This document shows, piece after piece, positions 28,801 through 42,420 of a stretch of 64,000 nucleotides of DNA. The DNA comes from the human T2T-CHM13v2.0 reference genome, Homo sapiens. Location of the stretch: NCBI RefSeq assembly GCF_009914755.1, contig NC_060938.1; one strand, written 5' to 3'. Within the stretch, counting starts at the first letter, position 1, and every line of letters begins with the position of its first letter. The notes beneath the pieces were generated by a model that did no database searches, had not been told where the DNA came from, and was given only the letters and a program-made list of their open reading frames with translations. The translations under genes and the position numbers were made by a program.

Positions 28801-30610
28801 TAATGCTGGAAAGGTGGCCGCAGACAAGCATTTGATTAGGGGGAGGGAGATGAGAGGTCACTGGGTTCCAAAAAGCTGTCTGATCACTCCTTTCACACCA
28901 TCTTGGAGCCAGAGTTGTAACTCGGTAGGCACCTGTGTGCACTTGATCAAATTTTTTTATTTTCACCATCAGAACTTGTAGTCTAAGCTTTTAAAAAAAT
29001 GTCTCTGTGACTAGAAAGGAATCTTATCTCAAGATGACTTGTAAACAAGAATTCAAATCTTATATTATTTACAGATATAGACTCATGCTCAATTTCCTGC
29101 TTTCTGTTTGCATTCAAATGGAGTAATTAGTTTGATGGGAAAGAAACTTGAATAGTCCTGATAAGAACAAGAAAAATATTCACAAAGACTGTTACTATAG
29201 GTTTCTACAATTTGAAGCATTTTTAAAAAATTATAATTTATCTTTAAAATCAGATGTGATTTTGTTAAAATCAGAAAAAGAGTATGACCATCCATATATG
29301 CTACATTTAAATGTGAACTACTAAAAATTGAAAAATGTTTGTAGTAATTGCTTTTCATGAAAATGGGCAATTAATCCATTTTATGCTACTACCCAGGCTT
29401 GCTGTGCTTAATGACACATATACCATTCTTTTCCTAGTGGCAAAGGTATATGTGAAGGAAAGTAAATAGAAGTTGAAATGAAACTTGAGTAAAGCACGCT
29501 TTGTTTTATCTCTATGGGTTATAGAAATTCTCTTGTGTGTAGTCTGATCAGTTAAATGTGGAAACATAGCATCTAGTTAGAAGTTTTATAGTTACAGGAA
29601 AATTTTGCTTTGGCAGCTTGAATGTAAGATTTCTTTGTACTTGACTCATATAGGATGCACATCTTCTCCTCTCCAGCTATGCTTTTGTTTCATATTTTTA
29701 TTTTATTCTGGTTTGTCTTCTACATATATAACCACATCTGTTTTGTCAGTCTTAAGTGGCAAACTTCTAGAGGGGAGAATCTCCCATGTTTGTTCCTCTG
29801 GGAAGAATTAACAACACAAAACGTGTAAATAATGACTTACAAAACGCTGTTTTCATGATAGTAATTTATTCCTTTTCATTAAGTAGGACACATCTATCAA
29901 TAATACTTGTAGGCTTTGACAAAATGGAGAACCATCATTTAGTAGCTACACAGCTCTCAAGATAGGCAGGAAACTTCCAACAGCTTTGAAATCTCTGGAT
30001 AAATAACCCTAGGCAATCACAGATTCTTAGGGCAAATGGGATCCTATTGACTATCTAGTTCCGTTTTGTCATTTTACAGATGAAGAAACTGAGGCCAAGA
30101 AATGTATGGAGGATTTTGCCCCAAATCATATAAAACTGCAGTGTGCTTAGTGCGTGGACTGATGGTATATATGGAAATGTTGCAGGTTGGGACATAAGCT
30201 AATTCTTTAGTGTGTTTTTTAGTTTACGGTAGGATGTGTATTCCCAAGAAGGCCCTGCCTTGACTTAGGAGTTTCAGAGAAAACACGGTGACTAAGCACT
30301 GTTTTTTCAGTTGTGCAGGGCTTTGGGGCAGGGTTTTGCGGTGAGTGTGTATGTGTCAGTGTAGCTTAAACAGTTCATTGTATGCTGCCCTGGCTCAGCA
30401 TTCAGTTTTCTAGTTTCAGTGACTCTGGCTTCTTAGAAGAGGGAACCACTGTGACACCAGTGTCTTCATTTATAACCAGTTCTAAGTTCTTGACCTAGAA
30501 ACCTTATTAACCTTTATGTATCAGATTCCTTCTATAGCATTGTGATTCTAAACTTACCCCCAGAGGGCAGTGGGTCGATTAATAATTTTTTTTAAATATT
30601 AAAAATTTGG

Positions 30611-30919
<309 letters not shown>

Positions 30920-31291
30920 TCAGCCTGAGGCTGGGGTATGGTTTATGAAGAAGTGGTATGGTAGCTCACTCTTCCTGGAGTTTTATCCCTCTCAGTGAAA
31001 TTTTGTTATCTTCTGATTGTTTTTTGTTTTAATAGCTGGGTCTAGTATTATTATTACTTGTAAAACTGAATGCAAGCATGGTTAAAAATATGGGGTATCT
31101 GCCTTATATTCATGGGAAAGAAAAAAAGTGTGGGGTATGGATTTCTGCCTTTTGCATTCAGGTGGCGAAGGCTGTTGAATTGAAGCCTGAAGCCATTCTC
31201 TAAGGCAGGTATCAAAGTGATAAACCTACTTTATAACATATATTTTGCTTTTTGCAAATAACTTTGTTTTAAAAATTTATCTGTAATTCTC

Positions 31292-31600
31292 TTTTTTATT
31301 TTTTATTTTTTGAGACGTAGTTTCACTCTTGTTGCCCAGGCTAGAGTGCAATGGTGCAATCTCGGCTCAGCTCACTGCAACCTCCCCCTCCCGGGTTCAA
31401 GCCATTCTTCTGTCTCAGCCTCCTGAGTAGCTGGGATTACAGGTGCCTGCCACTACACCCGGCTAATTTTTGGTATTTTTAGTAGAGACAGGGTTTCACC
31501 ATGTTGGCTAGGCAGGCCTCGAACTCCTGACCTCAGGTGATCTGCCTGCCTCGGCCTCCCAAAGTGTTGGGATTACAGGCGTGAGCCACCACGTCTGGCC
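31292..31600 (-). mobile_element. AluS
   Basis: Full dimer ending tctggcc. Confidence 0.94.
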
Positions 31601-32539
31601 TTCTCCTCACCATTGAATTCAAAAGTTAGATGCCTGAGAAATTAGGGAAAAGGATTACACTGCAGTATTGGAAAGATTCTGAAAAAATATGTCATAGGAG
31701 TAACTTAGTCTTAAGGCTTTTGTCAACTCAACAAGTCTTTTTTATTTCCACTCCTCATTCCTGTATGGAAAGATACATGTTTCTAGTCAAATTGGAAGCA
31801 TTTTAAAAAGTTTCCCCTCTATTTTGGTATGTAAAAATAATTTTGCTTTTCTTTTTTTTTGCTGAATATTTGTTACTGTACAAATATGAACCACTTTTTG
31901 ACAATCACATTTAATTTCTGATCTTTAGGTCAGTCACCTTTCATCTTTGGGGAAATAACAATATAAACTAACTTGAATTTGTAGAACCCGAAAAAAAAGT
32001 ATAAAAGAAAAATAAATTCATTGCCTTGAGTAGAAGAAGCTGCTCTTGAGACTAAAAATAGTGCTTATTTATTTTAAAGTATAAGAGCCTAAAAGTTGAT
32101 ATTTTATACTAGACTCGTTCCAGAAGAAAGATAAATTTAATAGCTGGATAATTAAACTAATTAAATTCATCTTAAAATGCCACCTTACTTTTTGATGAAT
32201 TACACTTATGTTATTTTAACTTATTTGGTTAATATTTTACTGTTTATGTATTTCAGACCAATTTATTACCCCTAAAATTCCAGAAGCCTCTAAAAATTCC
32301 ATATAACCAAATATTAATGTAATTTAGATTGAGAGTTAATTAGATCTATTCAGTACAATCCATGATTTATACTTTCTAGGAAAGTAAAGATTTGGGATTG
32401 TCACAGGTTATTATTTAACTAACAAATCATAGAAAGGAGCAACATCTCCTGAATTCAGCTCAGTGTTTTTTGTGATTAGAACATCTTCCCACGTAGCTGT
32501 CCCACGTATTGAATATGTTGATTTTATAGTCAAAATGAT

Positions 32540-33020
32540 GTTTGAATATTTCTAGTAGAAAAGCCCAAAATAATCCTGGCTTGAACAAGATAGAAGTTTG
32601 GTTTTTTCTCACATAAAAGAAGTACAGAGCAGCAATCAGACCTGGTATGGTAGCTCCTCCGGTATCAAGTGGAACCCGTGTTTCTACCCTCATGCTCCAC
32701 CGTCCTCTACCCGTCATACGCAAAGGCCTCTCTGGGTCTGAGTTGCCAGCTGCTCTAGCCATCAAGTCCACATTACAGCCTGGAAGAAGGGGAGGAAAGT
32801 AGAAGGGCATAAAGGGAGCCCCTCCTAATTGAGTCAGCTCCCTGTAAGCAGCTCTCCCAGAATTTCAACACAACAATTCCACTCATTGGCCAGAACATGG
32901 CCACACCTAGCTGCAAGGGAGATAGGGAATGTAGTTTTAAATTCTGTGCAGGAATATGAACAGCTAAAAACCAGGATTTTGTTACTAAGAAATAAGGGAA
33001 GAATAGATGGGGGCGGTGGG
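32540..33020 (-). mobile_element. MLT1-family LTR remnant
   Basis: ctcattggccagaacatggccacacctagctgcaagggaga motif. Confidence 0.7.
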
Positions 33021-33210
33021 GGGAGAGTAGTCAATATCACAGTGGTTTTATGTTCATATTATTTCCTGGCTCTTGGGGCTACCATGTAGAAAATCAAAAC
33101 ACCTCTTTCTGTTTTTGTTATGAGCTATGGTTTCTTAATTTAGAAATCTGGCTTAATTTAGAAATCCTGTTTCTTCTGTGAAGTATCATTTCTTTATTTG
33201 GCAATCTTGA

Positions 33211-33280
33211 CTGACTCTTGCTTTCTTCTTTCCTCTTGCCTTTCAGCTGTTTTGGAAAGAAGTGAGGTTTAGACTTCTCC
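33211..33280 (+). other. AKAP6: Branch point, polypyrimidine tract and 3' splice site (exon starts 33247) plus 34-nt 5'-UTR portion of the AKAP6 exon
   Basis: CTGAC at 33211-33215, then tcttgctttcttctttcctcttgcctttcAG|ctg; in-frame TGA at 33263 upstream of the ATG. Confidence 0.9.
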
Positions 33281-33604
33281 ATGTTAACCATGAGCGTGAC
33301 ACTTTCCCCCCTGAGGTCACAGGACCTGGATCCCATGGCTACTGATGCTTCACCCATGGCCATCAACATGACACCCACTGTGGAGCAGGGTGAGGGAGAA
33401 GAGGCAATGAAGGACATGGACTCTGACCAGCAGTATGAAAAGCCACCCCCACTACACACAGGGGCTGACTGGAAGATTGTCCTCCACTTACCTGAAATTG
33501 AGACCTGGCTCCGGATGACCTCAGAGAGGGTCCGAGACCTAACCTATTCAGTCCAGCAGGATTCGGACAGCAAGCATGTGGATGTACATCTAGTTCAACT
33601 AAAG
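33281..33604 (+). CDS. AKAP6: AKAP6 (A-kinase anchor protein 6 / mAKAP) first coding exon, residues 1-108; CDS continues outside the window
   Basis: Translation MLTMSVTLSPLRSQDLDPMATDASPM...PPPLHTGADWKIVLHLPEIETWLRM...HLVQLK matches the AKAP6 N-terminus as I recall it. It ends at donor AAG|GTAAGG (33604/33605) after exactly 324 nt. The VRQGL* tail in the ORF track is intronic read-through. Confidence 0.95.
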
Positions 33605-35989
33605 GTAAGGCAAGGTCTGTGATCCTCTCAGGATAGAAGTTTTCAAAAGGCTGTGGCACCTAGAGACTGTGTTCTGTAATTTCCAGTGAGGAATTGTCCA
33701 GGAAGAAAAGCACAGTACCAGGTTTCAAACCATTATCTTTAGAGATAAACATGGAAATAATTAATTCTCTGATTTTACTACATGTGCTGATTATCTAGAA
33801 TACAACTGGCCTTTGGTGATAGTGCAGAGAAATGGGGAAAGGGAGGGGTATTTTTGTGCAGTGTTATCAAAATAAGTTACACAGAATAAAAGTATTTAAA
33901 AACTCTTACAAAGGGTTTAATAAAAGACTCTTATAGGTAAAATATCAAATGCAGCTGTGATTGTGAGTATTTGTATGTGACTGTTATCTTCAGTTGAAGC
34001 TGATGCTGCCTTTGTGGCAAACAATGAATTCTGACATAGTAGGGAAGGGCAATGTTCTTTTACAATGAGTTGTTTCATCCAGGCACAATGCTTCATGTAG
34101 AACAAAGGTGATTTTATGACAACTCATCTAAAGTTCAGACATTTAAAAAAAAAGTCTGTGGACTCAGAAGCCCTTTAAAAGCCTGACTGTTGGCGATAAT
34201 GAAATGGAGTTGCTAGTAAAGAGTACTACTAATAGCGTTTTTGGCCTAGGGACTTCAAGATAAGGTGAACCTCGCCCTGCCATAGTCACTCCTCTCTCCC
34301 AGGTCCTTGAGGGAAATACACACTCAGGTCAGTGACCTGCAGAGCAAGACAGGTTTATAACCAATCAGGGCACTGGCCACAAACCCCATGGTAAATTTCT
34401 AGTCAATTAGAAGTAACACTAAGGAAACTTCCTTTACCTAAACTGGTTCATCCTAAATAATCTGAAATGAAAGGTCAAACATTCTTGGATCTTAACACTT
34501 AAATGGTTTACAGGATGCAGCCATCAGCCTGAGTGGGAAAGATGAGCACTTAAAATGAAGCATAGAGCCTAGAGCAGAGCAGGCTCAGCCTTCTCAGGCT
34601 GGTTCAGCAGATCCAGAGCCCAGCTGCCCCATTACAGAAAGTGTTCAAATGAGTGTGGTCGGGGGAGAGAACAAAAGAGCCAGAATCTTAAAGGTGACTG
34701 GGCTTCTCCCAGGTTGAGCAGGTCTAGTGTCTGATTTCTACAGGTTATTAGGGAAAAAAGTACAAAAAGGCAACAGAGAGATGGCTAGGAATTAGCTTCA
34801 ACAGAATGCAAACCCCAGCCATCTTTCTGCTGTTGCAGCAGGGAGTGATTTGACTCAGTCTGTGAAACATGGTTTGTATAATCAGAATAGCAGGTCTCCA
34901 ACTCCTTGAGGTTAAAGTGAAATAGAAATTTGGAGGCTCTGCTTTGCCCCCTTCCCTTCTCTGTCCCCTCCAAGGCTACCCTTACATGTAGCTCCCATAA
35001 GTAGATAGGGGGTTAGGTTTATAAGGAAAGTCAACTACTGCTTTCTGGAATCTTTCAGACTTACATAGAAAAGGTGGGGACAATAAAGGGAAATATCTTT
35101 AGAAGTCTCAGTAAAAAAAATGTGTTGTTAAGGGCTATTAAAAACATTAATGAGTCAATTAACTTTATTGAATTACATTAACAACTTGGAAGTGAAAATT
35201 TAAATTTTAGTTCCAAATAAGAATGTAAAGTTTTTGTACAATTAACATAGGGTTATATTTAGTGTTTGAGAAACCAACTCTAGGGTTGTATGTATTTTTC
35301 TCATTGGAACTGCCTATCACGTTCTTACCTTGGTCAAAAGGTATTTCACACCCACCTCCATCAGCTCCATCCCTTAGTGTGGTCTGTCTCCCCTGCTGAG
35401 AAAGGAGCCCCAGGAGGGCATGAAGTCAACACAGTAATTACATAGTAGTTACTCAGTCAATAACTATTAAGGGGATAAATATAAATTGTCCTATGTTCAT
35501 TTTATTCTAGGATGTCTATCATGACTTTTCGGGGTACTAGTTTCATTAGGTTACTTAACCAATAGAGCCTTTCCACATTGAGTTCAAAGTCAAGGAGCTC
35601 TGGTTACTGCATGTGTCCTCAAAAAAGGTCTACACAAGTGTTTGGTTATATCGCTTAATCTACTTAGTTAAGTTTCTCTTTTATTCGTATAATATTTCTT
35701 TATTCCACCAAATAAGCACTGTCATGCATTTTTTCAAAAATATTTTAAATAAATATCACTTTTTCTGATTTCCACGTTGATCATAAGAATAAACGGGAAC
35801 TTGGGCACAGAGTTTTATATGTGGAAACACAACAAAACAACCTTGTAGAAGCAGCTCTCAACTGAGGCCTTTGGCAAAGCAGATGGGCAGGCCCAGACTG
35901 GGGATGGCCAGCTGTGATGGGGCATCTTAGCTTGGCTCCTACTACCTTGATAAGTTACCCAATTTATTAATTTACAGTGAAAAATAACC

Positions 35990-36430
35990 ATCTCAAGGCT
36001 GGGAATGCCCATGGCTTTGAAGATCATCTAGGCACAGATAATTGCCTAATTTATATGTTCATCTCAGTGTTTTCCCAGGAGCCCCAGCTGCCTAACTTAA
36101 TCTCCACTTGTGTCTCTAGTGGGCATCTCAAGCCCATCAAAGAGCTGTTAATCCTCTCCCAATCTTACCAGTTTCAGTAAACGTCACTACTCTGTTAAGC
36201 CAAAGCATGACTCTCCACTCCACATACATGTCTATCAACAAGTCCTGGGAATCCATCTCCAAAATATGCCCTAAAGTTACTCTCTTCTCTCCAACACTAC
36301 TGCTGCCATCCTAGTCAAGCCACATCACTGCTTGCCTAGGCTACTTTTAGAACTTTCTAACTAATCTTGCTGCTTCTTTTACCTTTAGCCTTGCAGTTTA
36401 TTCTCCACCCAGTAGCCAATGGGATCTTTT
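35990..36430 (+). mobile_element. L2 fragment (continues patchily to about 37830)
   Basis: catctccaaaatatgccct...ctactgctgccatcctagtcaagccacatc L2 motifs. Confidence 0.65.
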
Positions 36431-36440
36431 AAATACGTAA

Positions 36441-36728
36441 ACAAGCATGGTGACTCAAGACTATGATCCTAGCACTTTGGGAGGCAGAGATGGGCAGATT
36501 GCTTGAGCCCAGGAGTTTGAGACCAGACTGGGCAGCATGGTGAAACCCTGTCTCTACTAAAAATACAAAAATTAGTAGGCATGGTGGTGTGCACCTGTAA
36601 TCCCAGCTTCTCTGGAGGCTGAGATGAGAGAATCACCTGAGCCTGGGAAATTGAGGCTGCTGATGCTCCACTGCACTACATCCTCGGTGACAAAGTGAGA
36701 CTCTGTCTCAAAAAACTAAAGTAATAAA
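36441..36728 (+). mobile_element. AluJ
   Basis: Diverged dimer; TSD-like aaatacgtaaa / aaatatgtaaa. Confidence 0.9.
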
Positions 36729-37374
36729 TATGTAAATGAGGTCATGTCACTTCCTTGCTTCCTATTGGACTTACAATAAAACTAAAGCTTTTTCCTGTGA
36801 CTCTGCTCTTGGCTGTTCCTCTGATCCTGGCTCCTGTACTTTTCTCCTTGTTCATAAAGCTCCAGATTCACTGTAAGTTCCAAAGAAGCATTGGGTTTGT
36901 TCTTGTCTGACAGCTTTTCCTGTTCCTTCTGCGGAGAAGCTCTCTTTCCCCATTGTTACATGGCAGATTCTGGATCCTCACCAAGCTATCAGCCAGAGGG
37001 ACAGTCATGTTTAACATCTGGAGATGCAAGCCTGGGAGAGGGTTGGGCAGGGATTGGCAGTGAGGAAGTAGGGTCTGTGCTGTGTTTGATGAGGGGCAAG
37101 CACAAAAAAAGAAGCTACTCATTACCTAACTTGTCTACACACTTCATACTCCCTTTCACACTGCTGGTTCTAAGTCTTTTCATCATGCTCTTCTCTACCA
37201 TCATGTCAATACATAACTTTTTAAAAAACGTAGTTGGAAAATGCTTTTGAAAAATGCTTAGGGTAGGCTCTGTCTCAGCTCTTTAATTAAATGTCCTTTT
37301 TTCAAATAAGCCATTCCTGATCCCTCTTCTTAAAACCCCTGCCACCCAGCCATTATCTAGTCCATCACCTAGCT

Positions 37375-37669
37375 TTATTATTATTATTATCATTATTTGA
37401 GACAGGGTCTCACTCCGTCACCCAGACTGGAGTGCAGTGGCGCAATCTGGGCTCACTGCAACCTTTGACCCTCAGGCTCAAGAGATGCTCCTGCCTCAGC
37501 CTCCCAAGTAGCTGAGACTACAAGTGCATGCTACTATGCCCAGCTAATGTTTGTATTTTGTGTAGTAGAGATGGGATTTCACCATGTTGCCCAGGCTGGT
37601 CTTGAACTCTTGGGCTCAAGCGATCTTCTAGCCTCTGCCTTCCAAAGTGCTGGCATTACAGGCGTGGCC
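37375..37669 (-). mobile_element. AluJ with (TTA)n tail
   Basis: Dimer; flanking ctttattatt repeat. Confidence 0.9.
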
Positions 37670-39884
37670 TTTATTATTTTTTTAATGGTTCTTATCACTA
37701 GCTGCAGTTATTTATTTATTTGCTTCTTTGTGTTTTCCCTAAGGACCTGAGCTGTCAAGTTTTCTGTTGTATGTCTGTTGTCTAGGACAGGGCCAGGCAC
37801 TTAGGACTCAATTCACACCTGTTGTTGTATAGGTGAGTCCAAGCCTATGTGGTCAGTGCCTTCTTTCCCCATAGACAGGCTTGCACAGCAAGTCACATAA
37901 GGAAGGCTGCTCAATGAGGATTGAATTAGGACAAAGGCATTGGATGAATCAAGGCCCAATATGTTTGGGGCATTGCTCTCCCACTAGGAAGGGTCTGTGA
38001 GTGGTTCAGAAATCTGGGGGATCTTGTCTGGGGAGTCTGCCCAGGAAAGTCTGTTCTTCTTCTGTAAATGGTTGTGCCTGGCCCCTCTCACATCCCCCTT
38101 TTTGTTGTACTCCTTCTTTGGTAATGATTTCGGTTAATAAGCATACTCTCAGGTCTTCTAAACCCAGAGACACTCTTTTTCTTTAAAAGTGATTTTATCT
38201 TCTGGTCATTGTGTTGATCCTAAAGTCTGTTTCCCAGAGACCACTCTTATCTCCCTTATTTCCAAGTTCTTAGGGGAAATTTTACCTCCAGAATGAACTA
38301 CAGACAACTGTTATAAAGTTCCCATGGGGGAGTGATTATTCTTGAGAGTGAATAAAAGCAGAGATTGAAAATTGGAAACAATGAAATATATTATACTGAG
38401 TACTTTTTTGCATCATTTTTAAAACTGAAAATGAAACCTACATATTTTGCTTCTTAGCTTCCAGATATTCTTCAGTAAGAAGTATGAGAAACCAGCTGAA
38501 CCAAATTTAGAATCTCTCCGCCTTCTTTGGATTCAGAAGCTGTGCTGTACAGGAAAACCAGATCAAGAACCTTTAAAGGTTTTGATTTTAACTGAGACCT
38601 CTGGTTTGGGTGAATGTATTTGGTTGCTAAAAAGGCAAAGTAGGTATCTCTGCTTCCTGATTAACAGTCTTCTCAGGGAGAATATTATTTGTTTTCCTGG
38701 AAACGTGATAGCAGGAAAGAGGCAAGGTGTAGGCTAGCTAGCATAGGCTAAATGATATGGCTGGATAACAGACAGAAGCCTTGAAGTGGCTTTCTGGAAT
38801 CAGCTCCCCCAAAACCCACATTAGGTAGATTCTGTCCTAAGCCACCTCCACATGAGATTTGGGTCTGTATCTTTGATTGATTGTGACATGACTCTCAAAG
38901 TTAGAGTAGTCAACAGAGACTCTGTTTACAAGATGTTCTGACTGGGCTGTACCCAGACTGAGATGTCTGGGACATCTGAAGTTAATGCACATACCCAGTG
39001 ATCACATGGGGTCTGGAGGGCCTACTGGGAAAAAGGATTGAATCCTCTCCACAGCTGGGATTTGGCACCATCAGATGGACCTTATGGACAGAAGATGTTG
39101 GAAGTCCAAGGATAATGGGGCTCCTGGGAGAGGATTCTCTGTCACCATGGGACAAGGAGTCTGCCCCAGTGTGGGGAGGAAAGGGGATGGTGAGTTGTGG
39201 TACAGTATGTTCCCAGGCCTGGAACCTGGGCTGGCACCAGGGCAGTGTGGATAACTAATGAGGGGAAAGGGCTATGGTTGTGACTTGGAGGACCTCCCCA
39301 GTGGCTGAAGCCAACTTTCCCCTTGTTCAGCAGGTGCAAAAGGGAAGGATTATTCTCTTTCTCCCACTACTGGAGCATAACTAGTAAGTGCTGCCTCAGA
39401 TGGCAGTGGTGCCACCAAGGTGACAACTGTGGTGTCTAGGGTCCATAGTCGTGACAGTGAGCAACAGCCAGGGTTGATTCATGGGCATATCTAAAACATG
39501 CCCTTGGATTCTCATAAATTCTTGATAAGGGGAAGGAACTCTGAGTGGAACTAAACTTCTGACATAAAAGTTACTGGCTCGGTGGATTCTGATCTTAATG
39601 TTAACTTGACTGTGTGTTAAAGCCCAAAGCATTCAATTTATACCATCTTTGAGTGGTTTCCAGCACATCTTAAATATAATAAGCCCTGGTTTAAGATTGA
39701 AGACAAAATATCTTTCTTTTCTGCGAAGAGTAGTTATTTTCATTTTCGCCCTTTAGATCACTATTTTTCAACAAATAGATCTTAACCCATTTAGCAGGTT
39801 GTGAAATCAGTTTAGTGAAATAAAGAGCTAAACAATGAATTAGAAAAGGATTTCATGAATAATGATAAGTGCTATGTTGTAAAA

Positions 39885-40272
39885 TTTGGTTTTCTGTCCT
39901 TGCGATAGTTTGCTCAGAATGACGGTTTCCAGCTTCATCCATGTCCCTACAAAGGACATGAATTCATCCTTTTTTATGGCTGCATAGTATTCCATGGTGT
40001 ATATGTGCCACATTTTCTTAATCCAGTCTATTATTGATGGACTCATAGGTGGGAACTGAACAATGAGAACACTTGGACACAGGGTGGGGAACATCACACA
40101 CTGGGGCCTGTCATGGGGTGGGGGGAGTGGGGAGGGATAGCATTAGGAGATATACCTAGTGTAAATGACCAGTTAACGGGTGCAGCACACCAACATGGCG
40201 AACATATACATATGTAACAAACCTGCACATTGTGCACATGTACCCTAGAACTTAAAGTATTAAAAAAAAAAA
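39885..40272 (+). mobile_element. Short L1PA 3' end with 5' inversion
   Basis: 39885-40042 is antisense L1 ORF2 end (IDWIKKMWHIYTMEYYAAIKKDEF); 40041-40272 is sense 3'-UTR plus poly(A). Confidence 0.93.
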
Positions 40273-40652
40273 CTTGATTTAATTAAAACCAAGTTCTTGG
40301 TCATGGTGTAAAAATGTATTTCTTTGAATCAACGCCATAACAGTTTGATAGTGACTGCTTTAGGCCATTCCCAACTTTCTTCAAGATCTTTGATATATAC
40401 TTTAATTTTGGAACATATTATGCAAGGAAATGTAATCTGGTGCTGTTTGTGTAACATTATTGTTTTAATTCTTATATGGGATTAAAATTTACACGAAATA
40501 CCCATCAAATCAGCAACCCCAAAAGCATATCCCAAATCTCTGAAAATTGGAAGATGAGGTTGATGTATTTGTTGATGGGTATGAGGATGGTAACATTTAT
40601 TATTTTCCCAAAGCCCAGATTTATGGCTGTAATCCTTTTTTTGGTGGATGGG

Positions 40653-40978
40653 TGCTATGATCTCAAAATTCGTATGTTGAAACTTAATTGCCAATGTGAT
40701 AGTATTAAGAGGTGGGGTCTTTAGGATCTGATTAAATAATAAGGGCTCTACCCTCATGAATGAAATTAGTGACCTCATAAAGAAAGGTTACAGGGAGCTA
40801 CGGCAGCAACAAGGTGCCATATTGGAAGCAGAGAGTAAGCCCTCACCAGACACAGAATCTGCTGGTGCTTTGATCCTAGACTTTCCAGCCTCCAAACCAT
40901 GAGAAATAAATTTCTAGTGTTTATAAATTACCCAGTCTAAGGTGTTTTGTTATAGTAGTCTGAATGACTGACTGTACA
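40653..40978 (+). mobile_element. MST-family (MaLR) solo LTR
   Basis: TGCTATG start; gagaaataaatttct...ataaattacccagtct 3' motif. Confidence 0.8.
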
Positions 40979-42121
40979 TTTTCCTTAGGGTGTCTTCTTA
41001 GGGAAGTTGGATACTAGTGGTCAAGTGTATAGAGAGTGTGGTTTCATTATGGTGGTTATTAGTGGAAATGCTTTTTCTACAATTAGTGCTAAGATTGTGT
41101 AAGACTATTTGGTATCATCAACTAATAAAAATGGTTGAAATAAGAAGGATGTCTGATGTTTGAATGGCTAATTTTAGATATTTAGAAGACCCAATTATGT
41201 GGGAAAAAGTCTATCTCAATTAATTGTTGAATAATTATCTCTCTCTCTCTTCCCCATCCAATGCTGGAAAACAGGCTAAGTGCTAAATAAATCCTTTTTT
41301 GATTGTTGAATGATTGATGTATTTTCATCATGATTTGGGGAGATGATATAAGCCTCAGACCTAGCACCTGTTTTGGACTACTTATGAACACTCTTGATTA
41401 AGATATAGAAAAATTAATGTTGGTGGTTCCTGGCACATTATCGCAGATCTTTGGCTATACATGAACCTTAGCCACATGCACTAATGTATTTAGAGCTCAG
41501 AATGAGAGCATTATTTGTCAAGGTGGCTCAGTCTAACAGATTGTATAGCTGTGTAATTTTTCATTAGCAAAAGTAGCATGGAAACTGAAGATTAATACAG
41601 ATTTTACAATTTGAAAGAAATAATGAAAACAGTTTAGAGAAAGTAATACATTTCATAAAAGGATTTTGAGAAAAATCTAAAGAAACTGGCATTACTTTGA
41701 TTAGAGAAGTGTTATTGGGGTTTTTTAAAGATGTTTGTTTAATAATGTCACCATGAGCTCTCACTGAACAACAATAGCTATCTGTTTTTGTGGTCTCACA
41801 GGATTAGATATTTTTAGGGGCATCCACCAGAGGTAGGATATGAGTTAACTCTTTCCTTGCCTTGAGAGTTTTCATTTCAATTGCATTCATAGAGTATCTA
41901 ATATATACTAGGAGTCTTACTTATAGTATCTTATTTAATCCTCACAATCACCCTCTGTTAGAAATGAGGAGACTGAGTCTCAAAAGGTTAAGTGATCAAC
42001 TTGGGAGTCAAACCATGTATTTTGAGCCTCAAGTCTAATATTCTTTCTATTTTGGTGCACTGGCTTCATACCCTTGTACAGATGTGAGAAATTTGAGTGG
42101 CTATAAAGCATAATAGTTCCG

Positions 42122-42420
42122 GCTAGGTACAGAGGCATGTGCCTGTAGTACCAGCTACTGGGGAGGCTGAGGCAGGAGGATTGCTTGAGTCCAGGAGTCC
42201 TGGGCAGTAGTGCTCTCTGCCAATCTGATGTCCACACCAAGTTTGGCATCAATATGGTGACCTCCTGGAAGCAGAAGACCATCTGGTTGCCTAAGAAGGG
42301 GTGAACTGAACCAGGCTGGAAATGGAGCAGGTCAAAACTCCCATGCTGATCAGTAGTGGGATCACGCCTGTGAATAGCCCCTGCACTCCAGCCTGAGCAA
42401 CATAGCAAGATCCCGTCTCT
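42122..42420 (+). pseudogene. Full-length 7SL (SRP) RNA processed pseudogene (RN7SL family)
   Basis: 299 nt collinear with 7SL including the S domain (ggcatcaatatggtgacctcc; ggagcaggtcaaaactcccatgctgatcagtagtgggatc), followed by poly(A); most CpGs decayed. Confidence 0.95.

Noticed and set aside
33134-33166. 15-bp direct repeat cttaatttagaaatc near the acceptor
   Set aside because: Simple slippage duplication upstream of the branch point; no evidence of function.
33118-33659. Two antisense ORFs over the AKAP6 exon
   Set aside because: Shadow frames of a real coding exon; no independent support.
41980-42408. 142-aa minus-strand ORF
   Set aside because: Antisense translation of the 7SL pseudogene and a MIR remnant.
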